A stretch of DNA of 64,000 nt from Eledone cirrhosa (lineage: Eukaryota). Positions 39,411 through 51,461 of the stretch are shown in pieces. Under the pieces are notes generated by a model. The model did no database searches and was not told the origin of the DNA. It saw nothing but the letters and a program-made list of their open reading frames with translations. Position 1 is the stretch's first letter. Each line of letters starts with the position of its first letter. The translations under genes and the position numbers were made by a program. The stretch spans positions 16,368,001-16,432,000 of the forward strand of contig OZ024748.1 of assembly GCA_964016885.1 (NCBI GenBank), in the 5' to 3' direction.

Positions 39411-40053
39411 ATTTCGTTTCTGAATTTGTTTAGCAAGATTCTTTATCTGAAATCGTGTGTTGAAACCGATATTGTTATACTTTGGGAGGGTCATGTTGCC
39501 AATAAGAAACACACGCACCAGTTGCTTTCACTTCAATTTATTATATATTTATAAATTTACAAATCTACAAACTTATAAATTTCTGGTTGGTTGGTTGGTT
39601 CCACAACCAGATAGTTGTTTATATATACAGTCATAGTCCTTTCGTCACACACTCTGTGACCTCTTCAGTTACTGGGGATTCCTTTCTTCTCTTCGTTTCT
39701 GTGCCTTTTCTTTCTTCTATCCTACGCCATTTTGTTTCTGTGTGTGTGTTGTGTGCTCAGTTTCACAACACACACACAGAAACAAAATGGCGTAGGATAG
39801 GAGAAAGAAAAGGCACAGAAACGAAGAGAAGAAAGGAATCCCCAGTCACTAAAGAGGTCACAGAGTGTGTGACGAAAGGACTATGACTATATATAAACAA
39901 CTATCTGGTTGTGGAACCAACCAACCAACCAGAAATTTATAAGTTTGTAGATTTGTAAATTTATAAATTTATAAATATATAATAAATTGAAGTGAAAGCA
40001 ACTGGTGCGTGTGTTTCTTATTGGCAACATGACCCTCCCAAAGTATAACGATA
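39411..40053. mobile_element. second palindromic family P1 element
   Basis: Arms 39469-39753 / 39764-40053, 10-nt loop, same 58-bp tail (39411-39468); hammerheads at 39629-39673(-) and 39844-39888(+, CTAAAGA = G5A). Confidence 0.88.
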
Positions 40054-40106
40054 TATATATAGTTATATGAATAACCAAAGAGTGCTTAGAAATACATTGT
40101 TTTATT

Positions 40107-40153
40107 AGCTAACAGTGTTTCATCCATACCCCATGGCAGGAATCATCAGAGCC
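40107..40153 (-). ncRNA. minimal hammerhead ribozyme motif (slightly degenerate)
   Basis: ggct-CTGATGA-ttcc..ggat-GAAAC-act-GTT-agct. Confidence 0.6.
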
Positions 40154-40315
40154 TATAAAGAAGAGTATATCAATAGTTGCATGTTCCACCGAGCTGCGTC
40201 ACCAGAACAAGGTTAAAGGACCAGCAGGGGGGTGCCGAGCCAGCACTATATGTCATACCAAGGGCAACATATCTGCATGTCTGGGCATATTGATATATTT
40301 GTCAACGAAACTATA

Positions 40316-42103
40316 TCATCATCATCATCATCATTTTACGTCCTCTTTTCCCTGCTTGCAAGGGTGGGACGGGTCTTATTCAGCACAGTATCTCTCCACT
40401 TGTCACGGTCCTTCGTCATCTCCACCGTGAGCTTCAATGATCTGAGGTCTGTTCTCACCACCTCCGCCCAGGTTTTTCGTGGTCTACCTCTACCATGTCT
40501 TCCTTCAACTGGCATTTCCTGGCACTTCTTCACCCTTCGGTCATCCTCCATGCGCATCACATGTCCATACCACCTCAGTCTCCTCTCCCGTACACTACAT
40601 TCTATCCCTCTCAGACAGTTTCTCTCTCAACACATTTATGCTGGGTCGTTCACGCACATTTACACTGCACATCCAACGGAGCATGCTTGCCTCATTTCTC
40701 TCCAGCCGTCGCATATCCTCTGCAGTTGCTGCCCATGTCTCACTACCATGTAGCATCGCGCTCCTCACACAGGCATCATACAACCGGCCTTTCGTACGCA
40801 GGGAGAAACCCTTCTTCGTCAACAGAGGAGGCAGCTCCCTAAACTTCTTCCAACCCGTCCTTATTCTAGATACTACAGCCTCGGAACACCCTCCTCTCAT
40901 GCTAATCTGATCTCCTAGGTACCGGAAGCTATCCACCACTTCTATAGCGCCCTCCTGCATCTGAAAAATGTGTCTATCAATGCGACTTCTACTGTCTAAT
41001 TTCCCTGTACATCTACTGCATACATATTTCTCCCTACCTGTTAGTTTGCCTGTTATCCTGCTACATCTCTTGTGTATTGAGGATCTGCATTGTGTGCATT
41101 TTATAGAATTTATGCCAGTTCCTTCTCTGCATATCGAACATGGCCATTTCCCTGACGGAATAAGGGTTTTGTCCTCTTTTCTACTCATCAATACTTTTGT
41201 CTTAGCTAGGTTCACTCTCAGTCTTCTTGCTTCCAACTGCTGTTTCCATAGCCAGAATTTATTCTCTAGCTCCTCTACTGATTCTGCTATAAGAACCAGA
41301 TCATCAGCATAGAGAAGTTCCCATGGACAGCCAGTCTTAAACTCCTCTGTTATGGCTTGAAGGTCTATAATAAACAAGAGCGGACTGAGGACCGAACATT
41401 GATGTACTCCTACTTGTATCTGGAATTCCTCACTAAACTCCATTCCTACCCTGACTTTACTGAGAGTACCTCTGTACAAAGTTTGCACTGTCCTCACAAG
41501 CCATTCCTCAACACCTAGCTTCCTTAGGGACCACCAGATGACAGATCGGGGTACCCTATCGAAGGCCTTCTCTGGGTCAACAAAGGCTAAGTATAGTGGC
41601 TTATTTTTCTCTAAGAACCTCTCTTGCAATTGTCTCACCAAGAAGAGGGCATCTGTTGTACTCTTCCCAGGCACGAAACCAAACTGCATCCCATCTAGTT
41701 TGACCCTTTCTCTAATTAGTTGTGCTAATATCCTTTCTGCCACTTTCATAACCTGATCCATCACTTTTATACCCCTATAATTGCTCCTCTCCAGAGCATC
41801 CCCTTTACCTATGTAGCAATTTATGAGAATACTGCTGCACCAGTCTTTGGGTATGAGACCACCATATATAGCCTGATTGATGATGCGTGCAACCAGTTTT
41901 GTGCCTACGTCCCCTGATGCCTTCAGCATCTCAGTAACTATTCCCGATGGTCCAGCAGCCTTACCATTTTTCATTTCCCTAATCGCCTCTTGGACCCTAT
42001 ATTCGTCAATCTCAATAGCTGGTCCCTCTGTCGGATCTACTAAGGGTAATTTCTCTCTCTCCCATTCATTCTCCACATTCATCAGTCTCTCATAATGACA
42101 TTT
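40316..42103 (-). pseudogene. 5'-truncated RTE LINE, family 2 (RT + PHD-type finger + C-terminus)
   Basis: RT motifs QFGF, FVD(P)EKAFD, LSPLLF, YADD; CSIC..CTQC..HKRC..CSRC; frameshift near 40615; ORF ends TRPTLASREKRT* directly into (GAT)n. Confidence 0.93.
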
Positions 42104-42158
42104 ATATATATATATATACAAACATATATATACAAATACATATATATATATATATAAA

Positions 42159-42362
42159 GGCATGTGGCTGATTGGTTAGAGAAGTGAATTCGCAATCATG
42201 AGGTTGTCAGTTTGATTCCTGGACCGGGTGATGCATTATGTCCTTGAGCAAGACACTTTATTTCACGTTGCTCCTACCTGGAGTTGCAAGCGATAGATAG
42301 TATTAGCAATTGGAAAGACCAACGGAAATATAGTTTCCTCAGTCCGATTTGACAAAAGTCGA
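42159..42362 (+). mobile_element. CORE-type SINE, alternative tail
   Basis: tRNA head, ccttgagcaagacactttatttcacgttgctcc, tail shared with 4294-4520. Confidence 0.7.
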
Positions 42363-42380
42363 TTGACAAATTTTTTTTTT

Positions 42381-42560
42381 TTCTATCTGTATTTTTAACT
42401 GTTGGTTAATCAATGATAAACATTGATTACCAGATAAATTAACTATGGAGATATAAAAGATACGGAAGCAAAAACCAATCCAAACCAAACAGTAAGTGTA
42501 TTTTATTATTAATTCTGACAATATTATAACAATATGACCCTCCCAAAATATAACAATATA
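42381..42560 (+). mobile_element. solo family P2 pLTR end
   Basis: aaccaaacagtaagtgt...aatATGaccctcccaaaatataacaatat, ending at the same point as the 11661 arm. Confidence 0.7.
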
Positions 42561-42567
42561 TATATAA

Positions 42568-42605
<38 letters not shown>

Positions 42606-43850
42606 AGGTTGTTTGGGATAAATTGTATCTGTGAAAAGTGAATGGCATTGTGAAATCTAATCTCTACAGTTTTAAAGATGTCAAAATTAAATGAAATGGA
42701 CAAGTGGAAACCCCTGAATATTGGGAAAGGGTAACCTGCATCATAATGAGTCGTGTTTGGCATCAAAATTCGATAATCATGATAGCTGCTCAATGCTTTT
42801 TGAACACTGTGAAAGCAATAAGACATCAAATGTAGAGCTGCAAATCTTTATTTAGCCCTTAAATTTAGTTCAAAGTTTCTTATACACAAGAAAAGATAGC
42901 ACCCAAAACGCTCTTAGCAAGTAAGATACGTCAGGATGGCGCCCCTAAGCCTCCATCAAAAGTTAAGGGCCCATGATTTGAATGGAGGGATACCATATTT
43001 GGAGGTTAAGATGTAAGTTTTATATATATGAGGATTTGATCTCACACACACACACACACACAATATACATGTATATATATATATATATATATACATATAT
43101 ATACTAATACATACATATATATATATACATATCATCATCATCGTTGTTTAACGTCTATCTTCCATGCTAGAATGGGTTAGATGGGAATTTGTCCTACTTG
43201 AGGCAAGATTGGTCGGGTAACCGTGTCTTGCTCGTATAGGTCTATCTGGCAGCTTTTCTACGGTTGGATGCCCTTACTAACACCAACCACATTTACAATG
43301 TGGAAAAAATATATATATACATACATACACATATATATATGTATGCATGTGTGCGTGCATGTGTGTGTGTTTAATCACATATACACATATGTATGTTAGA
43401 TTAGACATATACATACAAGCGCATGAATGATCACACACACACATATATATGTATGCTTGATCATACACAAACACGCATAAATGTTTGATCACGCATACAT
43501 GCTTTGTTACACATACACGCACGCACATATATGCTTAATCACACATACATGCACACACATGTATGCTTGGTCACATACACACACAACTATATACTATATA
43601 AAGGTATTACTTAAACTGAATTATATTTTTTGCAACTTGGTTTTCATGCCACTGGGATCATCATCATCATCAATAGCATCATCATCATCAACAAAAACAA
43701 GAAGGATTCCTTACACTTTTTTCAATATTCTCCATTTTATATGCTTTTCTAAATCTGTCTTTTCACACCCACACACATTAGCTGGGAGAACAGGTGTTAA
43801 ATAATATTAATGACAATATGTATACAATATGTGAGTGTATACACACACAC

Positions 43851-43907
<57 letters not shown>

Positions 43908-43993
43908 TATCTGTATTTATGTATATATATATATATATATATCTGTATTTATGTGTATATATATATATATAAATATATCTGTATTTATGTATA

Positions 43994-44034
<41 letters not shown>

Positions 44035-44127
44035 GTATGTATTTATGTGTATGTATTTATGTGTATATATATATATATACATACATGTGTATATCTATCT
44101 ATAAATATATCTATGTATTTATGTATA

Positions 44128-44159
<32 letters not shown>

Positions 44160-44889
44160 TACATGTGTGTATGTTTTGTTTTTCTTCTGCCTAAACAATA
44201 GAATATAAAAAATAAAAAAATATCCTCATCGCCATCTTATTCTCTTCTTTATTTTCCCCCTTTTTTTCTAATCTTACCTTCGTTATTTTACTTCTTTCAT
44301 TCCCTCTCTCTTTTTTTCTTCCTATCTCCTAATTATCTTTATTCTCTAATTAACCCTTTCAAATCCTCAAGGAATAAGAAGTAACCGTGGCGATATTTTT
44401 AATCTTTATTTAGGTTTATCGGATTGCTATTAGGGAATGATGCTATTTCAAGTTCTGCTCTCGAGAAATAAGCCTTACTGTTAATATCCCTGCGGTGTTC
44501 AAAGTTGAAATACGTCTCTTTGCCGAAATTACCTTATAATGAAATCAGTATAGCAACTTGATTCTATTGCTATCCCAAAAGAGAAACAAATAAAATAAAT
44601 AAACAGAATAAATATATAAAATTAAATAAAGGTATGAAATAAAACAAGTGAAATAAATAAATATAATAAAGATATAAAATAAAATAAAATAAACAAATAT
44701 AATAAATATATGAAATAAAATAAAATAAAATAAAACAAGTAAAATAAATATAATAAATATATAAAACAAAATAAAATAAAACAAAGTAAAATAAATAAAT
44801 ATAATAAATAAATATAATAAATAAATATAATAAATAAATATAATAAAACAAAATGAAACAAAGTAAAACAAAGTAAAACAATAAAAAAT

Positions 44890-45080
44890 AATAATTGTTT
44901 CTACTTTTGGCACAAGGCCAACAATTATCCCAGTACATTACTGGTACTTTATTTTATCGACCCTGTAGGGATAAAAGGCAAAATAAACCTCGGCGGGATT
45001 TGAACGCAGACTGTAAAAGTTCGTAACTCTATGCTGCAAAGCATGGCATCCGACCTATCGTTACTGCCAATTCCACTGCC
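44890..45080 (-). mobile_element. SINE family B
   Basis: Full head-to-tail reverse-complement match. Confidence 0.85.
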
Positions 45081-45365
45081 GATAAAAGAAGAAAAATGAA
45101 TAAACATAATAAAACAAATTAAAACAAAGTAAAACAATAAAATATCGTAGAAAAATAACAATAATAATAAAAGAAAAAAAGAGTTAAGATATGATGGTAA
45201 GAAAACAAAGAATTTGTGTTGAAGAATAAAAAGTCCAAGAGAACTTCTGTGAAGACGACGCCTGTCGTGGTATAATGGCCTTAAATAAGATCTTCAGTAA
45301 TTCTCAGAAATAGAATTAAAAGTTAATGATTCTTGTTTTGTCTTATTTAATTTACATCCACTGCC

Positions 45366-45401
<36 letters not shown>

Positions 45402-45520
45402 GTATATATATGTATATCTATGTATTTGTATACATATAATATATATATATGTATGTATACATATATGATTATATATACATCCATATATATATCTATGTGT
45501 GCATATATATATACAGGATA

Positions 45521-45848
45521 GGAGGCACATGGCTTAGTGGTTAGAGCATTGGCCTTGCAATCGAAAGGTTGTGAGTTCAATTCTCAGACCGGGTGATGTG
45601 TTGTTTCCTTGAGCAAGACACTTTATTTCACATTGCTCCAGTTTACTCAGCTGTAGAAATGAGATGCTAGGGACCGGGGTCCCTATGATTCCACTGCAAA
45701 GTGGCCGTGGAGGTGCCACTGCAAAAAAGCACCCAGTACTCACTGTAAATGAGGTTGGTGTTAGGAAGGGCATCCAGCTGTAGAAATCAGTTCCCCTCCC
45801 ACCCTTGCAAGCAGGGAAAAAGCGGACATAAAATGAAATGATGATGAT
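45521..45848 (+). mobile_element. SINE family A, full length
   Basis: As 125-477; 11-bp deletion between repeated aatca. Confidence 0.9.
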
Positions 45849-46079
45849 ATATATATATATATATATATATACATGCATCTACATATACATACATCTACCT
45901 ATATTTATATATATCTACATATACATATATATCAACATATACATATATATCTACATATACATCTACATATATCTACCTGTATATATATACATATATCTAC
46001 TTATATAGTAAAAAGCATGACCCCGACGGCAGAGCTCAAGCTGTTTCGACGGCTATTTCCGTTAATACTATCTATCGGT

Positions 46080-46212
46080 CGCAACTCCAGATAGAAGGAG
46101 CAACGGGAAATAAAGTGTCTTTCTCAAGGACATAACGCATAGTACGGTCCAGGAATCAAACTCAAAACCTCATGATTGCGAATCCAATTCTCTAACCATA
46201 TAGCCACACGCC
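46080..46212 (-). mobile_element. CORE-type SINE head (others at ~19070-19175-, 59045-59290-, 59340-59480-)
   Basis: Reverse complement of tRNA head plus CORE. Confidence 0.65.
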
Positions 46213-46895
46213 TGAATTTATAGAGAAAGAAAAGGCTTCAATAGATATAACATCTCACTAAATAACAGTCTTAATAACGGGGCATATAAACCCACTGGAC
46301 AGAAAAAATGGGTATCATATAGGTGTGTGTGTTTATGTCAGTTTTGTTTATTTCTCATAACTTCGACAATTCTCAAAGTTAGTACCCCAGCATGGCCACA
46401 GTATGACTGAAAACAGAGAGAAAAAAAAGTGTAAAAGAATCACATTGTCAACTATGAGAGGTGTATTATTATTATTATTAGTTTCTTTTCCAATAAATCA
46501 ATCAATGTCACAGATTTAGTAGCCAAAATGTTTGGCAACGATGTGTTATTATTCACTTTGTGTGTGATACAAATTCTAGAAAATTCCTCAACATATACAA
46601 CACTTCACTCATTATAAATTTTAGCCTGACATGATTTATAGATTTCAGATATCAACCATTGAATATAGACACAGAACATATAGCTATTTATTTGTTACTC
46701 AAATAATTTCCTAATTTACTAATTTACCCACTTTTCTTACACTTTCTACTAACTATCAATAATGGCAGGTAATTACTATAATAGTTCGTGTATTAAAACT
46801 TATCTAAAGTTATTCTGGCTATAGGAAGCTTTTCTGGAAGACATATTAAGAGTAATGGACGATAAGAAAATTATTTCTAATGAAAATTCAGTATG

Positions 46896-47109
46896 TTAAC
46901 TCTTAACACCATGTAATGATTTAGTAGAAAATTAGGTTTGTTAATTCAGATATTTTACTATCTTTACTATCAGACAGATCAGTGTGAAAATTTGCAGTAT
47001 TATGCTGAAGATCTTGATTTTTATTGTGATGTAGTCACAGTGCAGTTTAGTACTTTTCAAGAACATCTTGCTAATGCTGTTTCATGCAGTAGAGGACGTT
47101 AAGAGTTAA
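46896..47109. mobile_element. TTAA-flanked MITE (piggyBac/Kolobok-like)
   Basis: ttaactcttaac ... gttaagagttaa terminal inverted repeats. Confidence 0.6.
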
Positions 47110-47149
47110 CATACACTTGATAGATTATTACATAGATTGAGTACAAATA

Positions 47150-47258
47150 CCGCCAAGGTTAATTTTGCGTTTCATCCTTACGGGGTCGATAAAATAAAGT
47201 ACTAGTAATACACTGGAATAATTGCTGGCCTTGTGCCAAAAGAAGAAACAATTATTAT
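47150..47258 (+). mobile_element. 5'-truncated SINE family B
   Basis: Nin/Deu domain plus tail. Confidence 0.8.
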
Positions 47259-47725
47259 ATAGATATGTAAAGGCATGTAGTTTTAGTGGATAAAGTGTTA
47301 GGCTCATGATTCTGCTTCATGGCATTGTGTTAGATCCTTGAGCAAGACTCCTTGTTTCATGTAAATGTAACCCCAGCGGCACAAAAATAAAAGTGCGAAT
47401 GTACTCCTCCGTGTCAATGGCCATCCACCCCCAACTAAAATCTGTTGCATTCTTGATAATTGGTCTCATGATATTAAGTTATTGTTATTTTTTTTATTAT
47501 ATTTCCTCAAGAGATACGGTTTTGAATATGGAATCTATAATGGAGTTACTTTACTGATAATATCTGTTTTTTCTCCACAGGTGATGAGATACTCTAGCCA
47601 CATTGAAACGACTGTAGATGTATAAATGAATAAATAATAATAATACTTGATCTTATTGAATCTTGAATTATAAATGCTCTGCTACTATAAGTATTCACTC
47701 CTGAAGAACGAAGGGTAAAAATGCG

Positions 47726-47814
<89 letters not shown>

Positions 47815-47936
47815 TGCAATGCTGAGACAGGAAAGACCACAAATCAGCACAGTACTTACTCAATGCATGGAGCTGAAACTGCTTGGCATTGCAATTGGAT
47901 TTTTTTCTCTGTCTTTATATATATATACATATATAC

Positions 47937-47969
<33 letters not shown>

Positions 47970-48764
47970 TACATACATACATATATCCCTTTAGAATTTG
48001 CATTACTCTATATATACTATTGCATTTTTATTTCACCTTATATTGAAGCTATGTAATTTTGGTATTATTTATTGAGAACAATACCTTAGCATAAGTATGA
48101 GCAGCCAGTTATGGCCGGTTTGAACAGAAAGAGGCGAGAGACTTCTGGCCGGATATGGCTAAAAGGATATATGTGTGTGTATGTTTGCATGCATGTGTTC
48201 ATATCGTGTAACATAATGTTTTGACAAAAATAAGATAGATAAAATAAGTACCCATGTCTATATGATTGACTAAATCAAAATACTGCCCCAGTATGGTCGC
48301 AATCTAATGACTGAAATCAGTAGAAAAGATATAGAATACACAGAACAGAGATTACATCTGTTAATAAGGTTTTCAATCTGGAATATGAAGAAAGAGAGTA
48401 TGTTATCTCTCAGCCAACAAACTTAGAACTAATGGAATACATTTATAAACAGTGCACATCGTTATAACAAGAGTTTATTACCTTACCAATAATTGGTTAA
48501 TGCATAGCTTATTGAATTGAGTTAAATTATCAGCCATCAGTAAGGTTATTGGCAAAATCTTTATATCAATATACTCCTATCTAAATTTGTAGATTTCCAT
48601 ACAAATTGTTTAGGTTTTTCAAACATACATCTTTATTAACATTCTACAGTTCTCTGCTAAAAGCTCTAATTTTATGGTAATTAGAGGAATTTTAGTTCAG
48701 ATCGGCACTAGTTTCAATGTTGATTTATTATAATTCAGCAAGAATTTTCTGTTATTATGTTATA

Positions 48765-48958
48765 GGGTGGTGGTTTAACAGTATCAGTAGAGGGTCGGAC
48801 AACATGCTTTGTAGCACAGAGTTACGCCCCTTTCTGATCTGAGTTCAAATCCTGCCGAGGTTAACTTTGCCTTTCATCCTTACGGGGGTCGATAAAATAA
48901 AGTACCAGTAATGCACTGGGATAATTGCTGGCCTTGTGCCAAAAGTAGAAACAATTAT
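48765..48958 (+). mobile_element. SINE family B
   Basis: Full copy; 11-bp TSD attat(g/a)ttata (48754-48764 / 48954-48964). Confidence 0.88.
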
Positions 48959-49689
48959 ATTATATACCGTCGAGTTGCCGGCAGCTAAACCAACTCCACC
49001 AACAGATCTTGGTCTGGTCAGGTCAGGCTTCTCTCTGCTGCTGGTACCAGGTAACCCAGTATAATCTACTTCTTGATCAGGTGGTTAGCAACTAAACTAA
49101 CTTCTCCATGAGACTCTGCTTTGATGAGGAACGTAAGTGGAACTTAAGCAGCACGAAAAACAATAGGTGTTAAAAGGGCGGATGAACTCCTCAGAGTCAA
49201 TGGCTATCCACCCCAACTATGGGTTAAATAGCCACACAACCTGAAACTGGCTATATATGGTGAGTTTGGCTACACCCCTGACATGTTCAAAACCAAAAAG
49301 AAAGCAGTGGAGGCTAGCCAGAGAGGGATTCCTCCAACTGAAGTAAGGAGTCCCTAGCTTGGATTGGTTACCGTCAATAACAAGACCTTATGTTTATTAC
49401 ATAGCAACTTGAATAGAGAAACTACATGTTAGTCTAGTATATATATGAGGGTTTGATTCTTATTGATACATTGTCTCCTTGAGCAAGATATTTTATTTAT
49501 TGTTGCTTCAGTCTACTAAACTGCTCATTAAATCAAAGTGGAAATAGCTGAGCATTTCCCAGACATGTGCATGCTTAGTATAGTTCCTAGGGAGACTCAT
49601 CATGATAGTGCTAGCCTTTTGAAATAGATGTACAACTCACTTTTGCCAACTAGGTGGTCTGGTGGGGGGAGCTGGCTGTGTCACCAAAC

Positions 49690-50085
49690 TCTTGACTATG
49701 AAGCAGGTTGGACTGGATTACATGGTACCAGTAACAGGCAGAAGTATAATCTGATCATACCAGGTTCATGTGGGGGGAGCTTTTTTTTTGTTGTCAACCT
49801 CACGACTGTGAAGCAGGTTATACTGGGTTACATGGTACTAGTAGCAGGCAGAAGCCTGACCTGACCTGACCAGACCAGGATCTGGTGAGGGAGTCGGTTT
49901 AGTCACCAACAACTCGACTATGAAGCAGGTTGTACTGGGTTACATGGTGCCAGTAGCAGGCAGAAGCCTGACCTGATTATACCAGGGTCTGTTGAGGGAG
50001 CCAATCTATTTGCCAACAACTCGACCATGAAGCAGGTTGTACTGGGTTACATGGTGCCAGTATCAGGAAGAAGCCTGATCTGACA
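49690..50085 (-). repeat. ~110-bp tandem quadruplication of an RTE-like 5' segment
   Basis: tgaagcaggttgtactgggttacatggt(a/g)ccagtagcaggcagaagcctga at ~49696, 49805, 49917, 50024; inverted relative to 48965-49110. Confidence 0.75.
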
Positions 50086-50794
50086 TTAGCAGAACACAAT
50101 GAACTAACTGAAGTTTTTAAAAAGTTCCCCATGTTATAGATGTATCGCACAAAGGTGAAATGTTTCAAATCAGTTTCCCTGCAATGCATGGGGTTATGAG
50201 GGTCACAAATACATGGAATTTACTTTCGCTGATGTTCTACACATACTTTTGCAGTTAAGTGCAATCCATTTTATTTGAATATCTTTCCTCAATCACTGTA
50301 TAGCCAGAATTCATTAAATCATATGTCTATATTTGCTTAACATTGTTGTAGAGAGACAAGTAAATTAGTGGCCACATTATAAGTGAGTACAAATAAGAAC
50401 ATGCTTGATAGTGATCAAGGAACCTTTCAAATAACTTTTCCTCTTAAAACATGGAGAAGGTCTTTTAGTATATATATCAAAGTAACTTCTAAGAAATTTA
50501 TTTCCATTTTCTGTAATAAGTAGTAGTCAATGAGATCACAACTACATGGTCACCAGACTTCTAGAATTATCTAACAAAACTTATTCAAACCATACATCTC
50601 TCTTCTTTGCCTACTTATTCCTGTGAAGGTCGTAGGGGCAGCTTATATTTGCAAGCTGAATGGATAATATCTATGAGCTTGGCTGGTCTCACTTGGAGAT
50701 CCAACCAGTTCACTTGGAGATGGTTGCTTCTGGCAGGACCTGATGGCAAGAGTGTTTGAGGACTCTGACCCCAACAACCCTCTCAAGAAGAAGG

Positions 50795-51063
50795 CAGAAG
50801 AAGAAGAAAAAGACGAAAAAGAAAGAAACAAAGAAGAAAAAGAAAGAAAGAAAGAAAAAGAAAGAAAGAAAAAGAAAGAAAGAAAAAGAAAGAAAGAAAA
50901 AGAAAGAAAGATAGAAAGAAAAAGAAAGAAAGATAGAAAGAAAAAGAAAGAAAGATAGAAAGAAAAAGAAATAAAGAAAGAAAAAGAAAGAAAGAAAAAG
51001 AAAGAAAGAAAAAGAAAGAAAGAAAAAGAAAGAAAGAAAGAAAAAGAAAAACAAGAAGAAGAA
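50795..51063. repeat. (GAAA)-rich polypurine tract
   Basis: Directly visible. Confidence 0.9.
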
Positions 51064-51232
51064 TGGATTGGACCAAATGTGAAATAAAGTGTCTTGTTCA
51101 TCATCATCCAGTTTTTGATTATGCAGGACACAATGCCTAAGTAGGCATGGGTTCTGCCTGTTAGCACTCCTTAACATCCTGCTCCATGTGTTTGTGTCAA
51201 CCTGTCTCATTTGTATTATGTTCAAGCTCATA

Positions 51233-51425
51233 GGACGGTGGATTGGCAGTATCAGTAGAGGGTCGGACACCATGCTTTCCAGCATAGTTACGTCCCTTTA
51301 CGGTCTGAGTTCAAATCCCGCCGAGGTTAACTTTGCCTTTCATCCTTACGGGGGTCGATAAAATAAAGTACCAGTAATGTACTGGTGAAAATTGCTGGCC
51401 TTGTGCCTAAAGTAGAAACAATTAT
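51233..51425 (+). mobile_element. SINE family B, young copy
   Basis: Perfect 18-bp TSD attatgttcaagctcata (51215-51232 / 51421-51438). Confidence 0.93.
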
Positions 51426-51461
51426 GTTCAAGCTCATAATACACCACCAGAAACCATGAAT

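Noticed and set aside
47575-47730. Splice acceptor plus exon, or tandem hammerheads
   Set aside because: Reading frames close quickly; hammerhead cores are mutated and stem I does not pair
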